DNA of 64,000 nt from IMG/VR virus record IMGVR_UViG_3300036770_003728, positions 12,244-76,243 of that record; one strand, given 5' to 3'. Position 1 is the stretch's first letter. Each line of letters starts with the position of its first letter. Origin of the DNA: a virus. Below, piece by piece: positions 47,963 through 58,510 of this stretch. The position numbers were made by a program, and so were the translations under genes. The notes under the pieces are model-generated. The model saw nothing but the letters and a program-made list of their open reading frames with translations, made no database searches and was not told the origin of the DNA.

Positions 47963-48590
47963 TCTGGTGATATAATTGATCTACCGTACCGTTGTTATCA
48001 ACGACACGATCAAACTTTGTGCCCAACCAAGCCCATTCACTGGGATGAACATCTGGATACTGGGATGCCATATCACGCTGCTGATCTGATATGATCCATT
48101 GATCATCTGCTGATGTATGTATAGTTTGTAGGGCACAAGCCAACCATTCTGGTGGGGCACCACGTTCTACCAGTATCATTATACCCTCAACACCACGTAT
48201 AGCAGCAACTTCATTGGGGAAACGCACATCAGATATAACAATGTTGTCTGTGGTATTACGCAGTTTATTTTCTAAACTAGCTATCCAGATGTCATCGTGG
48301 AATCCATGGCGGCAAACTTCGGTGCCCCAATGCTGTAGAATCCAGCGTGGAGTAAGAAAAGGAATGTTTAGACGTTTGCTCCACCAAGGATCTACTTGCT
48401 CACGCCAGGCACGACTAGCAGCAGTTCGCCCTTCTAACATGATTCTATCCCAACCAAACACACATGCTACAGCATCTTTCAGAGTATTAGCAAAACTTTC
48501 TCTACGAAAGCCGTGATAGTTGACTAAGTAATCGGCCACAGTGTCTTTGCCTGAACCGATAAATCCTGATATACCAATGATTTGTGTCAT
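47937..48590 (-). CDS. Deoxynucleoside monophosphate kinase (T4 gp1-like)
   Basis: GISGFIGSGKDT, SFA..LKD, LQ.WGTE, ISDVRFPNE and HPSE. Confidence 0.92.
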   Translation of the reverse strand: MTQIIGISGFIGSGKDTVADYLVNYHGFRRESFANTLKDAVACVFGWDRIMLEGRTAASRAWREQVDPWWSKRLNIPFLTPRWILQHWGTEVCRHGFHDDIWIASLENKLRNTTDNIVISDVRFPNEVAAIRGVEGIMILVERGAPPEWLACALQTIHTSADDQWIISDQQRDMASQYPDVHPSEWAWLGTKFDRVVDNNGTVDQLYHQIKNLVSNC

Positions 48591-48596
48591 AGCAAC

Positions 48597-48625
48597 ATAT
48601 TATTAGTTTATGATAGCTATGTCAA
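48597..48625 (-). promoter_or_regulatory. sigma70-like promoter TTGACA-17-TAATAT
   Basis: The -10 ends 6 nt before ATG 48590. Confidence 0.65.
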
Positions 48626-48630
48626 CCTCC

Positions 48631-49020
48631 TTAGATACCAAAACGATTAGGACGATATCGAGGAACAATGCTTTGTTTATTGGTTTCTTTGGGTTCTAAG
48701 CTACGCTCGTGCCTATTAGGTTTTAAGGCATCGTCCCAATCTGTTCCGGCTGCTTGATAAGCCTGCTTTAACATATCACTTTCTAACTTAGTATATGGCG
48801 CCGCTACATTATTGCGCCCTGCCCAACTTTGTTTAGGAATAGACACTGGCTTAGAGCCATCAGCAGTAGCAGCAGCCATCATTACTCTATTTAGGTCATA
48901 ATGTCTATCTGCGGTGCCTGCTACTCTATGCAAGCTAGGGATGGCTTGCTCTTGTTCCTTTTCTAAACGAACATTGGTTTTAACATATCTGTCTTCTTGA
49001 ATAATTTCATACGCTCGCAT
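48631..49020 (-). CDS. Late hypothetical protein (paralogue of 49088-49465)
   Basis: Shared RVxMAAAxADGS...W...N...PYTxLExDM. Confidence 0.8.
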   Translation of the reverse strand: MRAYEIIQEDRYVKTNVRLEKEQEQAIPSLHRVAGTADRHYDLNRVMMAAATADGSKPVSIPKQSWAGRNNVAAPYTKLESDMLKQAYQAAGTDWDDALKPNRHERSLEPKETNKQSIVPRYRPNRFGI

Positions 49021-49087
49021 GCAATTATTTAGAACATAAAATGCTCCATTGTTCTGTACACAAGTACAGGTTTAAGGACAAAAAAAA

Positions 49088-49465
49088 TCAAACCCCGTAA
49101 CGGTTTCTTTTCTTACTGGCAGTAGGACTCTTTTTGTTTACCGAATTAGATTCACGGCTTTTTTGATCTTGTACTACATGATCAACATCGCTGTTGATTA
49201 CATTAAATGCTTGATGCATCATGTCATGCTCTAGTTCTGTGTAGGGTACCGCTACATTTTTACTATGAAACCAAGTACGGTCATCTATAGGCAGTTTATC
49301 CTTACTGCCATCGGCCATTGCAGCCGCCATACCTACACGATAAAAGTTATAGGTTCCATTAGTTTTATAGCCATCTCCATAGGCATGAGTACGATGCATA
49401 GCTTTACTATGTGACTTAGGCAATTTACCTTTATGCCCTTCTAATATAATTTCATTGATTTTCAT
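49088..49465 (-). CDS. Late hypothetical protein (paralogue of 48631-49020)
   Basis: Same shared motif; MKINEIILE start. Confidence 0.8.
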   Translation of the reverse strand: MKINEIILEGHKGKLPKSHSKAMHRTHAYGDGYKTNGTYNFYRVGMAAAMADGSKDKLPIDDRTWFHSKNVAVPYTELEHDMMHQAFNVINSDVDHVVQDQKSRESNSVNKKSPTASKKRNRYGV

Positions 49466-49468
49466 TGT

Positions 49469-50602
49469 TTACCCTATTACCCAAGTCAACGGCATGCTAC
49501 CATCTATCATATTTTTAAGATCTTCTTCTAATTTGGTCATTTCTTCACGACTTTCAGTGATCAAAGCTGTACCGTTTAATGTTGTACCACCTTGCGGCCC
49601 AGCCATAGTAGAGAATTTACTACGTGCTTCGCCTAGTATACCCTTGGCAAAACTATAAGCATAGTCTTGAATCCAAGGAAACGTCTGTGGATCATTAAAA
49701 ATCATTATATCAGGCTTGTAATTGTAAGTATGCAATAGCACTACTTCAGCAGGATCGTCGGTGATAGGACTACTAACTTCAGTTTTACGCAGATCAAATC
49801 CAGTAACAGAAGTGGCCTGTAGCACTGAAGTAGCTAGTATGGTAACAGTTTGTGTTCCTGGATTCACTGTGGCTGCTGTATATACTCCATTGTATCCTGC
49901 TATAGGACAGTTTCTAATGTGTATACTGTCTCCTACTTTAATTGACCATACATCATGTGTTACAATACTGATTACGCTACCTGCCGCTGTACCGCTAGCG
50001 GTCATTGACGTCAATCTAACAAACTTTCTTCCAGTTTCTGGTATCTTGCGTACTAATGTTAGTTTACGAGTAGCGGCGTTCCAAGTAAAATTCATGTGGC
50101 CGCCGAACATTTTCATGGCTTGTTCTTGATATTGTGTGAACATTTCATAGTTAGCCAACCCACCTACACGCCCGGCTACCAACATGTAAGTATTCAAATA
50201 GCCACTGGCAAAAGGCTCAAATTGACTAGCTGTAGTTCCTGTCACTGATCCTATGCCCCTGCGATAGATTTGGCGCACTTGAACAACTTCTTGTGGCAGT
50301 ATGTATTCCTGTGTTTCTGGCAACAGCTCAAGAAATGCATAGCTTTCCTCTACACTGTTTTGAGCACGTTGACGATATCGCTGTAAGGCATTTTTAATAG
50401 CTAGATCATAATGAACTTGATCTAGTTCAACATCAACTATACCGTCGGCAAGACGTAATCTTATGTAGTCTTTGATTTCATTGCGTTTATAGTCTAAACT
50501 GAACTCAACTTGGGAATCTTCAAATGCAATCGGCCCTGGGCCGCCCAAACTGTCAGCTTGTAAACTTAGTCTATAATTTAATCCGGTTTTTAATGTGGCC
50601 AT
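49469..50602 (-). CDS. Neck protein (T4 gp13-like)
   Basis: YIRLRL...VEL, WIQDY...KGILGEARSKF...GGTTLNG. Confidence 0.8.
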   Translation of the reverse strand: MATLKTGLNYRLSLQADSLGGPGPIAFEDSQVEFSLDYKRNEIKDYIRLRLADGIVDVELDQVHYDLAIKNALQRYRQRAQNSVEESYAFLELLPETQEYILPQEVVQVRQIYRRGIGSVTGTTASQFEPFASGYLNTYMLVAGRVGGLANYEMFTQYQEQAMKMFGGHMNFTWNAATRKLTLVRKIPETGRKFVRLTSMTASGTAAGSVISIVTHDVWSIKVGDSIHIRNCPIAGYNGVYTAATVNPGTQTVTILATSVLQATSVTGFDLRKTEVSSPITDDPAEVVLLHTYNYKPDIMIFNDPQTFPWIQDYAYSFAKGILGEARSKFSTMAGPQGGTTLNGTALITESREEMTKLEEDLKNMIDGSMPLTWVIG

Positions 50603-50607
50603 AAAGT

Positions 50608-50638
50608 AGTCCTACGATAAGGTATTTATCGTAGGACT
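50608..50638 (-). promoter_or_regulatory. 13-bp hairpin containing late promoter TAAATA and the neck gene SD
   Basis: AGTCCTACGATAA-GGTAT-TTATCGTAGGACT. Confidence 0.8.
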
Positions 50639-50643
50639 CGCAG

Positions 50644-51822
50644 TTAGCTGACCTTGAGCAGCAAGGTCTCCTCGTTAATACGTCCATTCATACGCACTTC
50701 TACAGCCTTAATATCCTTGAGAAAGGTGCGTAGTGCTACCTTACCAGCCTTAGCAAACTCTTTTAGCTGTTCATCTGGTTTACGCAGTGTCTTAGCTAGA
50801 CTTTTAGCTTCATCGTAGCCTGTAATTGACGTACCTTTAACACCAAGTTGGCCCATGGCTTCTGCCACATAGCGTCCCAACTTGCGAGTTTTGGTGTTGA
50901 ATATCCAGAGCTCTTGGGCTCCAATGATATCTGTGGGATTGATACTAACAACTTTGAGGCTACGATCTTCTCTGGCGAACTTGAGCTTGGCCACAACTTT
51001 TTCTTTGGCTGGCGCTTTACGGACTCTGGCTTTCTTAACTGCTTTTTTAACGCCGCGGTACTGCTCGATTCCAGCCAAAAGATCAGCAAGAAAGGCAAAC
51101 AGACGTTTGTAATCACCAGCCCGATAGTGACGATAAGACTCCACCAATTGTGCATCTGATTTGTCCTGAGCAGTCATAAGTTCTTGAACACGTTTTTGGA
51201 ACACTTGTTCATATTTACTTAATTGACTCTGCGGAGCCTTGTGTGCAGTAAGAAAATCATAGATCTTAAAGTCAATCTTGTTACCGCGCAAAACTTCGTC
51301 GTAATGACCTTCGATCTCACCAATTAGTTCCGCAGTACGCTCTTGCAGTCGATCTTGAATAGTAATCTTGCGCTCTACCACTGCGTCAGGTGCAACAGGC
51401 TCATCACCATGATCTCCGCTGCGAGCAGCCAGAGTTAGGCTATAATTAACTTGATCGTGAATATACTTGACATGACGATCTTTTAAGGGCATACCACGAC
51501 GATGTGCCATAACCAAACTACAAGGCGTCATTAGCACATAACGATCACTGATACGCTCAAACTTGTCCATTACCTTCTTGTCAAGTTTACTATTACGGCG
51601 CAGCCAATCATTCAGGTGTTTGCGACACTGCTTGACTGAATAGTGATAGTTGTAGTACTGAAAGCTCTTACGTAGGTGATGATCAAAAGTAGCGTCATCG
51701 AATCCCAGTGCTCGTTCGGTGTCCCACTGCGGTTCCGGGCCAGTGGCCTTTTCGTCGCTGGCTAGTACACGAGCATTGGGTTCTTTTTTCTTGGGTACTT
51801 TAATGCCTTTAATAATAGCCAT
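50644..51822 (-). CDS. Basic hypothetical protein (392 aa)
   Basis: Long ORF with AGGAG SD. Confidence 0.8.
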   Translation of the reverse strand: MAIIKGIKVPKKKEPNARVLASDEKATGPEPQWDTERALGFDDATFDHHLRKSFQYYNYHYSVKQCRKHLNDWLRRNSKLDKKVMDKFERISDRYVLMTPCSLVMAHRRGMPLKDRHVKYIHDQVNYSLTLAARSGDHGDEPVAPDAVVERKITIQDRLQERTAELIGEIEGHYDEVLRGNKIDFKIYDFLTAHKAPQSQLSKYEQVFQKRVQELMTAQDKSDAQLVESYRHYRAGDYKRLFAFLADLLAGIEQYRGVKKAVKKARVRKAPAKEKVVAKLKFAREDRSLKVVSINPTDIIGAQELWIFNTKTRKLGRYVAEAMGQLGVKGTSITGYDEAKSLAKTLRKPDEQLKEFAKAGKVALRTFLKDIKAVEVRMNGRINEETLLLKVS

Positions 51823-51830
51823 ATTCGCTC

Positions 51831-52082
51831 CTACATTGACAATAATGCTAGTGTAACATATTGATCCAGATTTGTCACTGATTCTGAAAACTTGTTGTAT
51901 AAATCCAACACACGGTGATTAGCCCCGGTCCTACTATTTACTAGCTCGCGGGATATGTCGCGTTTAAGGTTTTCGCAGGTGCGATACATGCGTAATAAGT
52001 CCCTACGCAACTTATAATCACCAATATTACGTATACGAGAGGGCAAAATCTCGTAAATTTCCTGGGCTTCTGCGTAGTCCAT
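51831..52082 (-). CDS. Hypothetical protein
   Basis: Start refined to ATG 52082, below TTGACA-18-TAATAT (52088-52117). Confidence 0.6.
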   Translation of the reverse strand: MDYAEAQEIYEILPSRIRNIGDYKLRRDLLRMYRTCENLKRDISRELVNSRTGANHRVLDLYNKFSESVTNLDQYVTLALLSM

Positions 52083-52156
52083 GTGCAATATTACTATAAG
52101 ACCCAGTGGGCTGTCAACCTGCAATCCATAAATACTGCTATATTTGGAGATGTATT

Positions 52157-53239
52157 TTGCCACGCTTATCGCTTTGGAAAGACGGCGCTCACACTAACGA
52201 TTACAATTTTATAGATCGTCGCATATCCGAAATGTTTACTATTTCGGGCACCGGGGTACTGGTTCACAAATACTTAGGACCAGTTGATCAAACTACGGAA
52301 AACGATGCTACACAACCTGTCTACGCCAATCAAAGCGAAATGAATATACAGGATCTGCTGTTTTTAGAAAATCGTGATCGCAAGTACGAATCGGATGTTT
52401 ACCAGCTACGTGGCATTTACCAAGTTTCTGATAATGCTTTTGATCTTACACAGTTTGGGTTATTTTTACAGACTGGTACATTGTTTATGACGTTTCATAT
52501 CAATGACATGACCCAAATTTTGGGTAGAAAAATCATGAACGGTGATGTGCTAGAACTGCAACATCTTGTTGACTATGAAGTTTTAGATGCCAGTATTCCA
52601 GTGGCGCTAAAACGTTACTTTGTGGTAACTGATTGTACTCGTGCTGCCGAAGGCTATAGTCCAACCTGGTGGCCACATCTATGGCGCTGCAAAATCAACC
52701 CACTGGTAGACAGTCAAGAATATCGCGACATTATCGACCGCATTAAAATCAGCGATGAAAGTGAAACTCCATTACGTGAAATTCTCAGTAGCTACGATAC
52801 CTACCTCAACATATCTGACGCTATTGTTGAACAAGCTGAAGTAGATCTACCTCAAAGTGGTTTCGATACATCTGGCATATATCATGTCAGTAAAGATACT
52901 AACACACCCGATTATTCAGTCAAAGGGTATTTGACCGGCAGTGGCTTACCTCCCAATGGAGATTCCAGTACTCAGGGCACAGCGTTTCCTGCCAATCCTA
53001 CAGTAGGTGACTATTGTCTACGTACAGATTACTTGCCTAATAGATTATTTAGATATGATGGAGCACGTTGGCGTATGATTGAGAATGTGGTTAGAACCAA
53101 CACCACATCAGGTGCCGAAGACAATCTTACTCAACGTAATAGGTTCGTTACTAACGATCGTACTTTCAGAGATGTCAACGGACGCACTCAATCAGAAAAA
53201 CAAAACCTTAATGATATTCTCAAACCCAAGGCAGATTAA
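52157..53239 (+). CDS. Neck/head-closure protein (T4 gp14-like)
   Basis: TTG start with GGAG SD and TAAATA (52129-52134); DLLFLENRDRKY, QFGL and GDVL; precedes the gp15-like gene. Confidence 0.65.
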   Translation: MPRLSLWKDGAHTNDYNFIDRRISEMFTISGTGVLVHKYLGPVDQTTENDATQPVYANQSEMNIQDLLFLENRDRKYESDVYQLRGIYQVSDNAFDLTQFGLFLQTGTLFMTFHINDMTQILGRKIMNGDVLELQHLVDYEVLDASIPVALKRYFVVTDCTRAAEGYSPTWWPHLWRCKINPLVDSQEYRDIIDRIKISDESETPLREILSSYDTYLNISDAIVEQAEVDLPQSGFDTSGIYHVSKDTNTPDYSVKGYLTGSGLPPNGDSSTQGTAFPANPTVGDYCLRTDYLPNRLFRYDGARWRMIENVVRTNTTSGAEDNLTQRNRFVTNDRTFRDVNGRTQSEKQNLNDILKPKAD

Positions 53240-54666
53240 TGAGCAGCTATTTTTATTCCGGTCAGATACGCAGATTCCTCAGTCAATTCATTCGTGTATT
53301 AAGTAACTTTGAAATTGCACTGGGTAATCGCACAGGCACCAAAACATTACTGCGAGTTCCTATCTATTACGGAGACAGCAGCAGACAGGTATCTAGTATA
53401 ATTGCTAAAAATTCAGAAAACAATTTAGCCAGTGTACCTGCTATGGCAGTGTATATCAGTGCACTAAAATATGATCGCAGTAGGGTACAAGAACCACAGC
53501 ATATCAGCAAAATGCAGATACGTCAACGTGCATACGATCCAGTCACTGGTGAGTTTACAGAACAGCAAGGTGATGCGCTAACTGTAGAAAGACTGATGCC
53601 AGTTCCTTACTTATTGAGTCTACGTGTGGACATTTGGTGCAGCAACACAGATCAAAAACTACAATTAATTGAACAAATTGGCGTGATATTCAATCCCAGT
53701 ATTGAGTTACAAAATTCCGACAGTTACGTGGATTGGACCAGTCTTAGTTATATTACCTTAACTGATCTTAATTACAGTAGCCGCAGCGTGCCAGTGGGCA
53801 CAGAAGATCCCATTGATGTAGCGACCTTGAGCTTTGATTTGCCAATTTGGCTCAGTGCACCTGCCAAAGTCAAACGACAAGGTGTTATCCAGAAAATATT
53901 TGCCAGTATTTACAATGACAATGATATTGATTATGATAACAATATCTTTGATATAGAATCCAGTGTGCGTATCAGTCAGCAAATATTCACACCAATTGAT
54001 CTCAATGTATTATATCTTGGCAATACATTAAAATTGTATGCCAGCAAAAATGCTGTACAATTTAACGATGGCACAGTGCCTGGCTTGGTTGAAGCAGATT
54101 GGCGTCTAGCCATACAAAACTTTGGCGAACTGGCTAATCTCAGTGGTGAGATTCTCAGCAACGGTATCAGTCAAGTTAGATTAGACAACAACGGTGTACT
54201 AATTGTAGGCACAGTGGCATATCATCCTACCGACAATAGCCTTCTAATCTTCAACGTTGACATCGATACTTTGCCTGTTAATACTATAACCCCGGTAAAT
54301 GCTATCATTGATCCTTATAACTTAAAAGTTACTCCGGCATTAATTAATCCTGCTATAGGTGATAGGTATCTCATCCTGAATCCAATTGGTAGTTATTTTA
54401 ATGACGACGGCGACCCATTGACCATTGACGGCCCCATATTATGGAACCGAGCCAATCAACCAGAACTTATAGCCAATACCAACGACATTATTGAATGGGA
54501 CGGAAATCGTTGGGCAGTGGTCTTTGACAGCATAAATGTTAATAGTATACAGTATGTAACTAACCTAACCACAGGTACTCAATATAAATGGATCAACCAA
54601 GAATGGACTCGAAGCGTAGAGGGCCTGTACGGCGTGGGAGCCTGGAGTTTCGTTCCAAACACCTGA
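53239..54666 (+). CDS. Tail terminator/sheath stabiliser (T4 gp15-like) with C-terminal extension
   Basis: YFY..QIRR, VPIYYG, PVPY.L and QLIEQI...FNP. Confidence 0.8.
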   Translation: MSSYFYSGQIRRFLSQFIRVLSNFEIALGNRTGTKTLLRVPIYYGDSSRQVSSIIAKNSENNLASVPAMAVYISALKYDRSRVQEPQHISKMQIRQRAYDPVTGEFTEQQGDALTVERLMPVPYLLSLRVDIWCSNTDQKLQLIEQIGVIFNPSIELQNSDSYVDWTSLSYITLTDLNYSSRSVPVGTEDPIDVATLSFDLPIWLSAPAKVKRQGVIQKIFASIYNDNDIDYDNNIFDIESSVRISQQIFTPIDLNVLYLGNTLKLYASKNAVQFNDGTVPGLVEADWRLAIQNFGELANLSGEILSNGISQVRLDNNGVLIVGTVAYHPTDNSLLIFNVDIDTLPVNTITPVNAIIDPYNLKVTPALINPAIGDRYLILNPIGSYFNDDGDPLTIDGPILWNRANQPELIANTNDIIEWDGNRWAVVFDSINVNSIQYVTNLTTGTQYKWINQEWTRSVEGLYGVGAWSFVPNT

Positions 54667-55079
54667 CACAAGGTGTTGGTGCTTTTATCTATAGTAAAAA
54701 TACACAGCGTTATCTATTTTTATTACGCAATGGAGCCAGCTGGCACATGACCTGGGCCTTACCTGGAGGCAAAATGGATGCCGGAGAAACTGTGATTGTT
54801 GGTCTTGCTAGGGAAATACAAGAAGAGCTAGGCGGTCGTATCATGGACCCTAAGCTAGTGCCCATTGAAAAATTTACCAGCGAGGATCGTGGCTTTATAT
54901 ATCACACATTCTTTGTTAGTGTAGATAACGAATTTGTTCCTGTGCTCAACAATGAACACATAGGATATGCTTGGTTGCCTTTGTCGGCCATACCCAAGCC
55001 ACTGCACCCAGGCATAACTAGGACATTGGCTTGCGATGAAGTAGTTGAAAAACTACGTTATGCTGAAACTAACTGCTAG
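54588..55079 (+). CDS. NUDIX hydrolase (start uncertain)
   Basis: Nudix box GGKMDAGETVIVGLAREIQEELG; NEH..YAW. Confidence 0.9.
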   Translation: MDQPRMDSKRRGPVRRGSLEFRSKHLTQGVGAFIYSKNTQRYLFLLRNGASWHMTWALPGGKMDAGETVIVGLAREIQEELGGRIMDPKLVPIEKFTSEDRGFIYHTFFVSVDNEFVPVLNNEHIGYAWLPLSAIPKPLHPGITRTLACDEVVEKLRYAETNC

Positions 55080-58000
55080 GTAGCCAGGGTATAGGTAAAA
55101 ATTTTACCTGAATTTGAAGTGCCAGGTTTGGCTATGAATAATTTTTTACCATCACTACTGACATCTATGCCACCCATGGTTTTAGTTAAATGACTGATAT
55201 TATAATGATTGAAGCTACGTACCCATGCAGCAGTGGTTATATCGAACGCCCTGGTTAAATTTAATTCATGTACACTGCCGCCAGTTCCAGTGGTGGTTAC
55301 TGCTATTAAAATTTTCTTCCCACCTTGACTCACTACCATATCTACAAGACTATCACTGATTTGTCCTGGCAAGAAATATTCTGCCGAGAATATCGCGGTT
55401 CCTATGTTATAAGGTTGACTGGTTTGATAGGCACGTATACTACGTCTTGATCCGCACAATACCCATAGCATACCCCCATCGTTGCGTACACTAACCGCTC
55501 TAGGTTGTGTTTCGGGCGCAACCAACAGTGAACGTATAAAATTATTACTGGTGCTGGTTATACCACCATTGCTATTGAACAACCATTGTTCGATTCTCGC
55601 TCCGCCTAAGTAGTTGCTGTAACTAGGTACAAACATGAAAGTGTTATCTACACTGATAGCAAATCCGCCAGGCGTTGATGCACGAGCCACTGTGAATTGT
55701 CTTTGGGAGGCAGCATTTAATGCATTAAATGGTTCCCGAGGAAAATACAATTGATAATTATTAGTACCAGTATTGATATACAGCCGTAGTCCATCCTGCG
55801 TAAACCTAAACTTACCATTGGTTAAGTAACTGTCATATCCAGGGCCTTCTCTAGGACTATCATAAAACAGCGTAGGTGGTTGTGCTGTGCCAATGGTAAA
55901 TGGTGTTGTTAGATCAACTTTGGTAACAAAATTATTTCGACTTGCTACTATGGCTGCTTCGCCGCCGGCCGTAAACTTGCAGGTTAACAAACTGCTAAAA
56001 CTTTTTACTGTGGTACCAGTTGACGTGGCACTAGATATTAACCATGGAGTGTTTAAGTTATACTCTTTTACCAAATTGGATTCGGCGTTGCAAATAAACA
56101 TTTTACGACCGTCGGGCTGCATGGTAAGATCACTAGGGTTAGAACTATTAACATAAACTTGATAAAAACTATCCACAGTATTGTTGGTAGGAATTGTTTG
56201 AGCAGTAGTAATTTGAAATGGTGTATTTAATTTTAATCGTATGATATATGTGCCTGTACCAATGTAAACGTACCTACCGTCATTAGTAATATCCATGCTA
56301 TAGGTTGCTTCATATCCAACATAATTAGAATTAAGGTTTATACTAGCTACATAACTAGCTGAATTAATTTCCCATGGCGTAGCTAAATTATATTGACAAA
56401 TTTTCTTATATCCGCCGGAAACCACACTGCTATAACTATCGTAAGCAGTATTTTGTATGCCATACATAATTCGGCCATCAGGACTAAATGCTAACCCAGT
56501 GATATTATATAAACTAGCGGTACTACTGCTTCCAGTTAAAGCAAAACTGTCAGTGGCACCAGTTTCGTACACTGCACTGGGTAAAAACCAAGGCGTAGTT
56601 AGGCGATATCTAAACATTGTGTCAGGTGTTCCAGCTATTACTGTAAGCACTGTGCCACTGTTGTTAATGTCGGCGCTGTAAGCATACCCGGATGTCCACA
56701 GTGGTAGAGTAATATTTCGTAAGTAAACTTCGTCTACTCTGTAGCTGGTACTAGGATCAAATGCTGTGCCTAAATGATGTAACCTAATTCTACCATTACT
56801 CCAATTGGCCGAATAATACATCTTAGTCCCATCGGGGCTGAACCTAAAATCATTTGGTCCTATTCCTAACTTACTGGTTTTCTTTTCGTACACTGCGGTG
56901 GTAATGTCCCAAGGATTAGGCAAGGTGTAAAAAAATACACTACCGTTACTGGATACCATAAACATACGTCTACCGTCTGGTCGAAACCCTACACCCTGAA
57001 CTGAATAATAACTAGGAAATCTAGATCCTACACTTAAAAATCCCGCAAAACTCATTGCAGTTGGCTGCCACGCTGGCCCAGTATATCTGTAAATACGCTG
57101 CCGATAAGTACCACAAAGATACATATTAGTTCCATCAGGACTAAATGTTATACTGACCATGTTGGTTTCTTGATTTTTTACACCAAGTCGCCCTTGTTCT
57201 GCAAATCCAGCAAACTTAAATGCTTCAGTCACCGAGAAATCATAAACATTAGCTCTACTGCCATTGGGTATAGACCCTGAATATTTTCCTAATAGAAAAA
57301 ATCTGCTGCCATCAGGATGCCAATATATACCGTGAGCGTCCCGCTCGAAAGAACTATAATTTAAGAATGGACGAGCATTAGCACCTTGCCATACTGCGGT
57401 GTTAACTTCCCATGGTGAACTCAATCGTAACTGCACTACTAGATCTTTGGTATTGCCAGCTATATACATTCTGCTTCCGTCAGAACTAAAATACAATGAC
57501 GTTGGATATCTTTCATCTATTAGAGAACTTGTTCCTACATACGATGTCTGCCCTGTATAAGTAGCCGAATTTATATCAAATGGCGTAGACATGTTATACT
57601 GATAAACAGTGCCTGACAGACCCATCAAGTATAACCTGTGCCCGGCGGGACTTACATAGATATTTCTAGGACTGGTAGTAAGACTTTGTGTACTTAAGTA
57701 ACCCTGCAGACTGATTCCACCAAGGTTGAAAGGATCAGTTAAATTAATTTGTACAATTCTATTACTGTCATCACTGATAAAAAACATGGTATTACCAGTT
57801 GCACTAATTCTAAGTCCAGTTACTATATTCAAATTAAGCCCACTGGAAACATTATTAACTGCTAACTTAGGATAATTTGCAGCACCTTCCCAACGAGCTG
57901 AATCAATTTCCCAAGCAGTGTCTAAGGAAAATTGCAATACAGCACGCACATTGGTACTGGATAACCCATATGCCCTAAGCAACAAATACATTCGTCGCCC

Positions 58001-58510
58001 AGTGTGATTAAAAGCAATGCCTTTTATATCAGTGCTAGATTTCCATACCACTGCTACAGTTTTAGGATCATAGGTTTTAGCATAACTGGCTGTTGCTATG
58101 TCATAGGCAGTAGCAAGATTAAACTGATAAACGCGATTGTTTTGTGAGCCGGTTAGATATAATCTTGTACCATTGGACCCAAAACAGAAATTCAGTGGAG
58201 CGTTATCTACGCTGCTGACATTTAAGGTACTACCCGCGGTGACATTACTGAACAACGATTCACTAACAAGATTATATTCAGTGATAACGTCTGTGCTGTC
58301 CAATGCCCAAGCACGATTGTTATTAACAGAATCATATACTGCGGCAATTAATGTATTACTGGTATTATCAGTAGTATGAAATCTAGGCCAATTTTGTTCA
58401 CTGTCCCAAGATAATGCACCTAATCCAAAATTATTTCCACTGTCAGGTGTAGGTGCTGGCTTAGGTGTTACTACACCGGCTGCTGCTACCAAGGCCCAGG
58501 TTAAGTGCAT
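55076..58510 (-). CDS. Multi-beta-propeller repeat protein (1144 aa), probable virion adhesin
   Basis: Roughly 20 repeats of F.PDG.RMY...Y.L.TP[WF].I..A. Confidence 0.8.
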   Translation of the reverse strand: MHLTWALVAAAGVVTPKPAPTPDSGNNFGLGALSWDSEQNWPRFHTTDNTSNTLIAAVYDSVNNNRAWALDSTDVITEYNLVSESLFSNVTAGSTLNVSSVDNAPLNFCFGSNGTRLYLTGSQNNRVYQFNLATAYDIATASYAKTYDPKTVAVVWKSSTDIKGIAFNHTGRRMYLLLRAYGLSSTNVRAVLQFSLDTAWEIDSARWEGAANYPKLAVNNVSSGLNLNIVTGLRISATGNTMFFISDDSNRIVQINLTDPFNLGGISLQGYLSTQSLTTSPRNIYVSPAGHRLYLMGLSGTVYQYNMSTPFDINSATYTGQTSYVGTSSLIDERYPTSLYFSSDGSRMYIAGNTKDLVVQLRLSSPWEVNTAVWQGANARPFLNYSSFERDAHGIYWHPDGSRFFLLGKYSGSIPNGSRANVYDFSVTEAFKFAGFAEQGRLGVKNQETNMVSITFSPDGTNMYLCGTYRQRIYRYTGPAWQPTAMSFAGFLSVGSRFPSYYSVQGVGFRPDGRRMFMVSSNGSVFFYTLPNPWDITTAVYEKKTSKLGIGPNDFRFSPDGTKMYYSANWSNGRIRLHHLGTAFDPSTSYRVDEVYLRNITLPLWTSGYAYSADINNSGTVLTVIAGTPDTMFRYRLTTPWFLPSAVYETGATDSFALTGSSSTASLYNITGLAFSPDGRIMYGIQNTAYDSYSSVVSGGYKKICQYNLATPWEINSASYVASINLNSNYVGYEATYSMDITNDGRYVYIGTGTYIIRLKLNTPFQITTAQTIPTNNTVDSFYQVYVNSSNPSDLTMQPDGRKMFICNAESNLVKEYNLNTPWLISSATSTGTTVKSFSSLLTCKFTAGGEAAIVASRNNFVTKVDLTTPFTIGTAQPPTLFYDSPREGPGYDSYLTNGKFRFTQDGLRLYINTGTNNYQLYFPREPFNALNAASQRQFTVARASTPGGFAISVDNTFMFVPSYSNYLGGARIEQWLFNSNGGITSTSNNFIRSLLVAPETQPRAVSVRNDGGMLWVLCGSRRSIRAYQTSQPYNIGTAIFSAEYFLPGQISDSLVDMVVSQGGKKILIAVTTTGTGGSVHELNLTRAFDITTAAWVRSFNHYNISHLTKTMGGIDVSSDGKKLFIAKPGTSNSGKIFTYTLAT

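Noticed and set aside
49021-49087. Intergenic gap as a possible tRNA or ncRNA
   Set aside because: No cloverleaf, T-loop or convincing stem; it only contains a late box.
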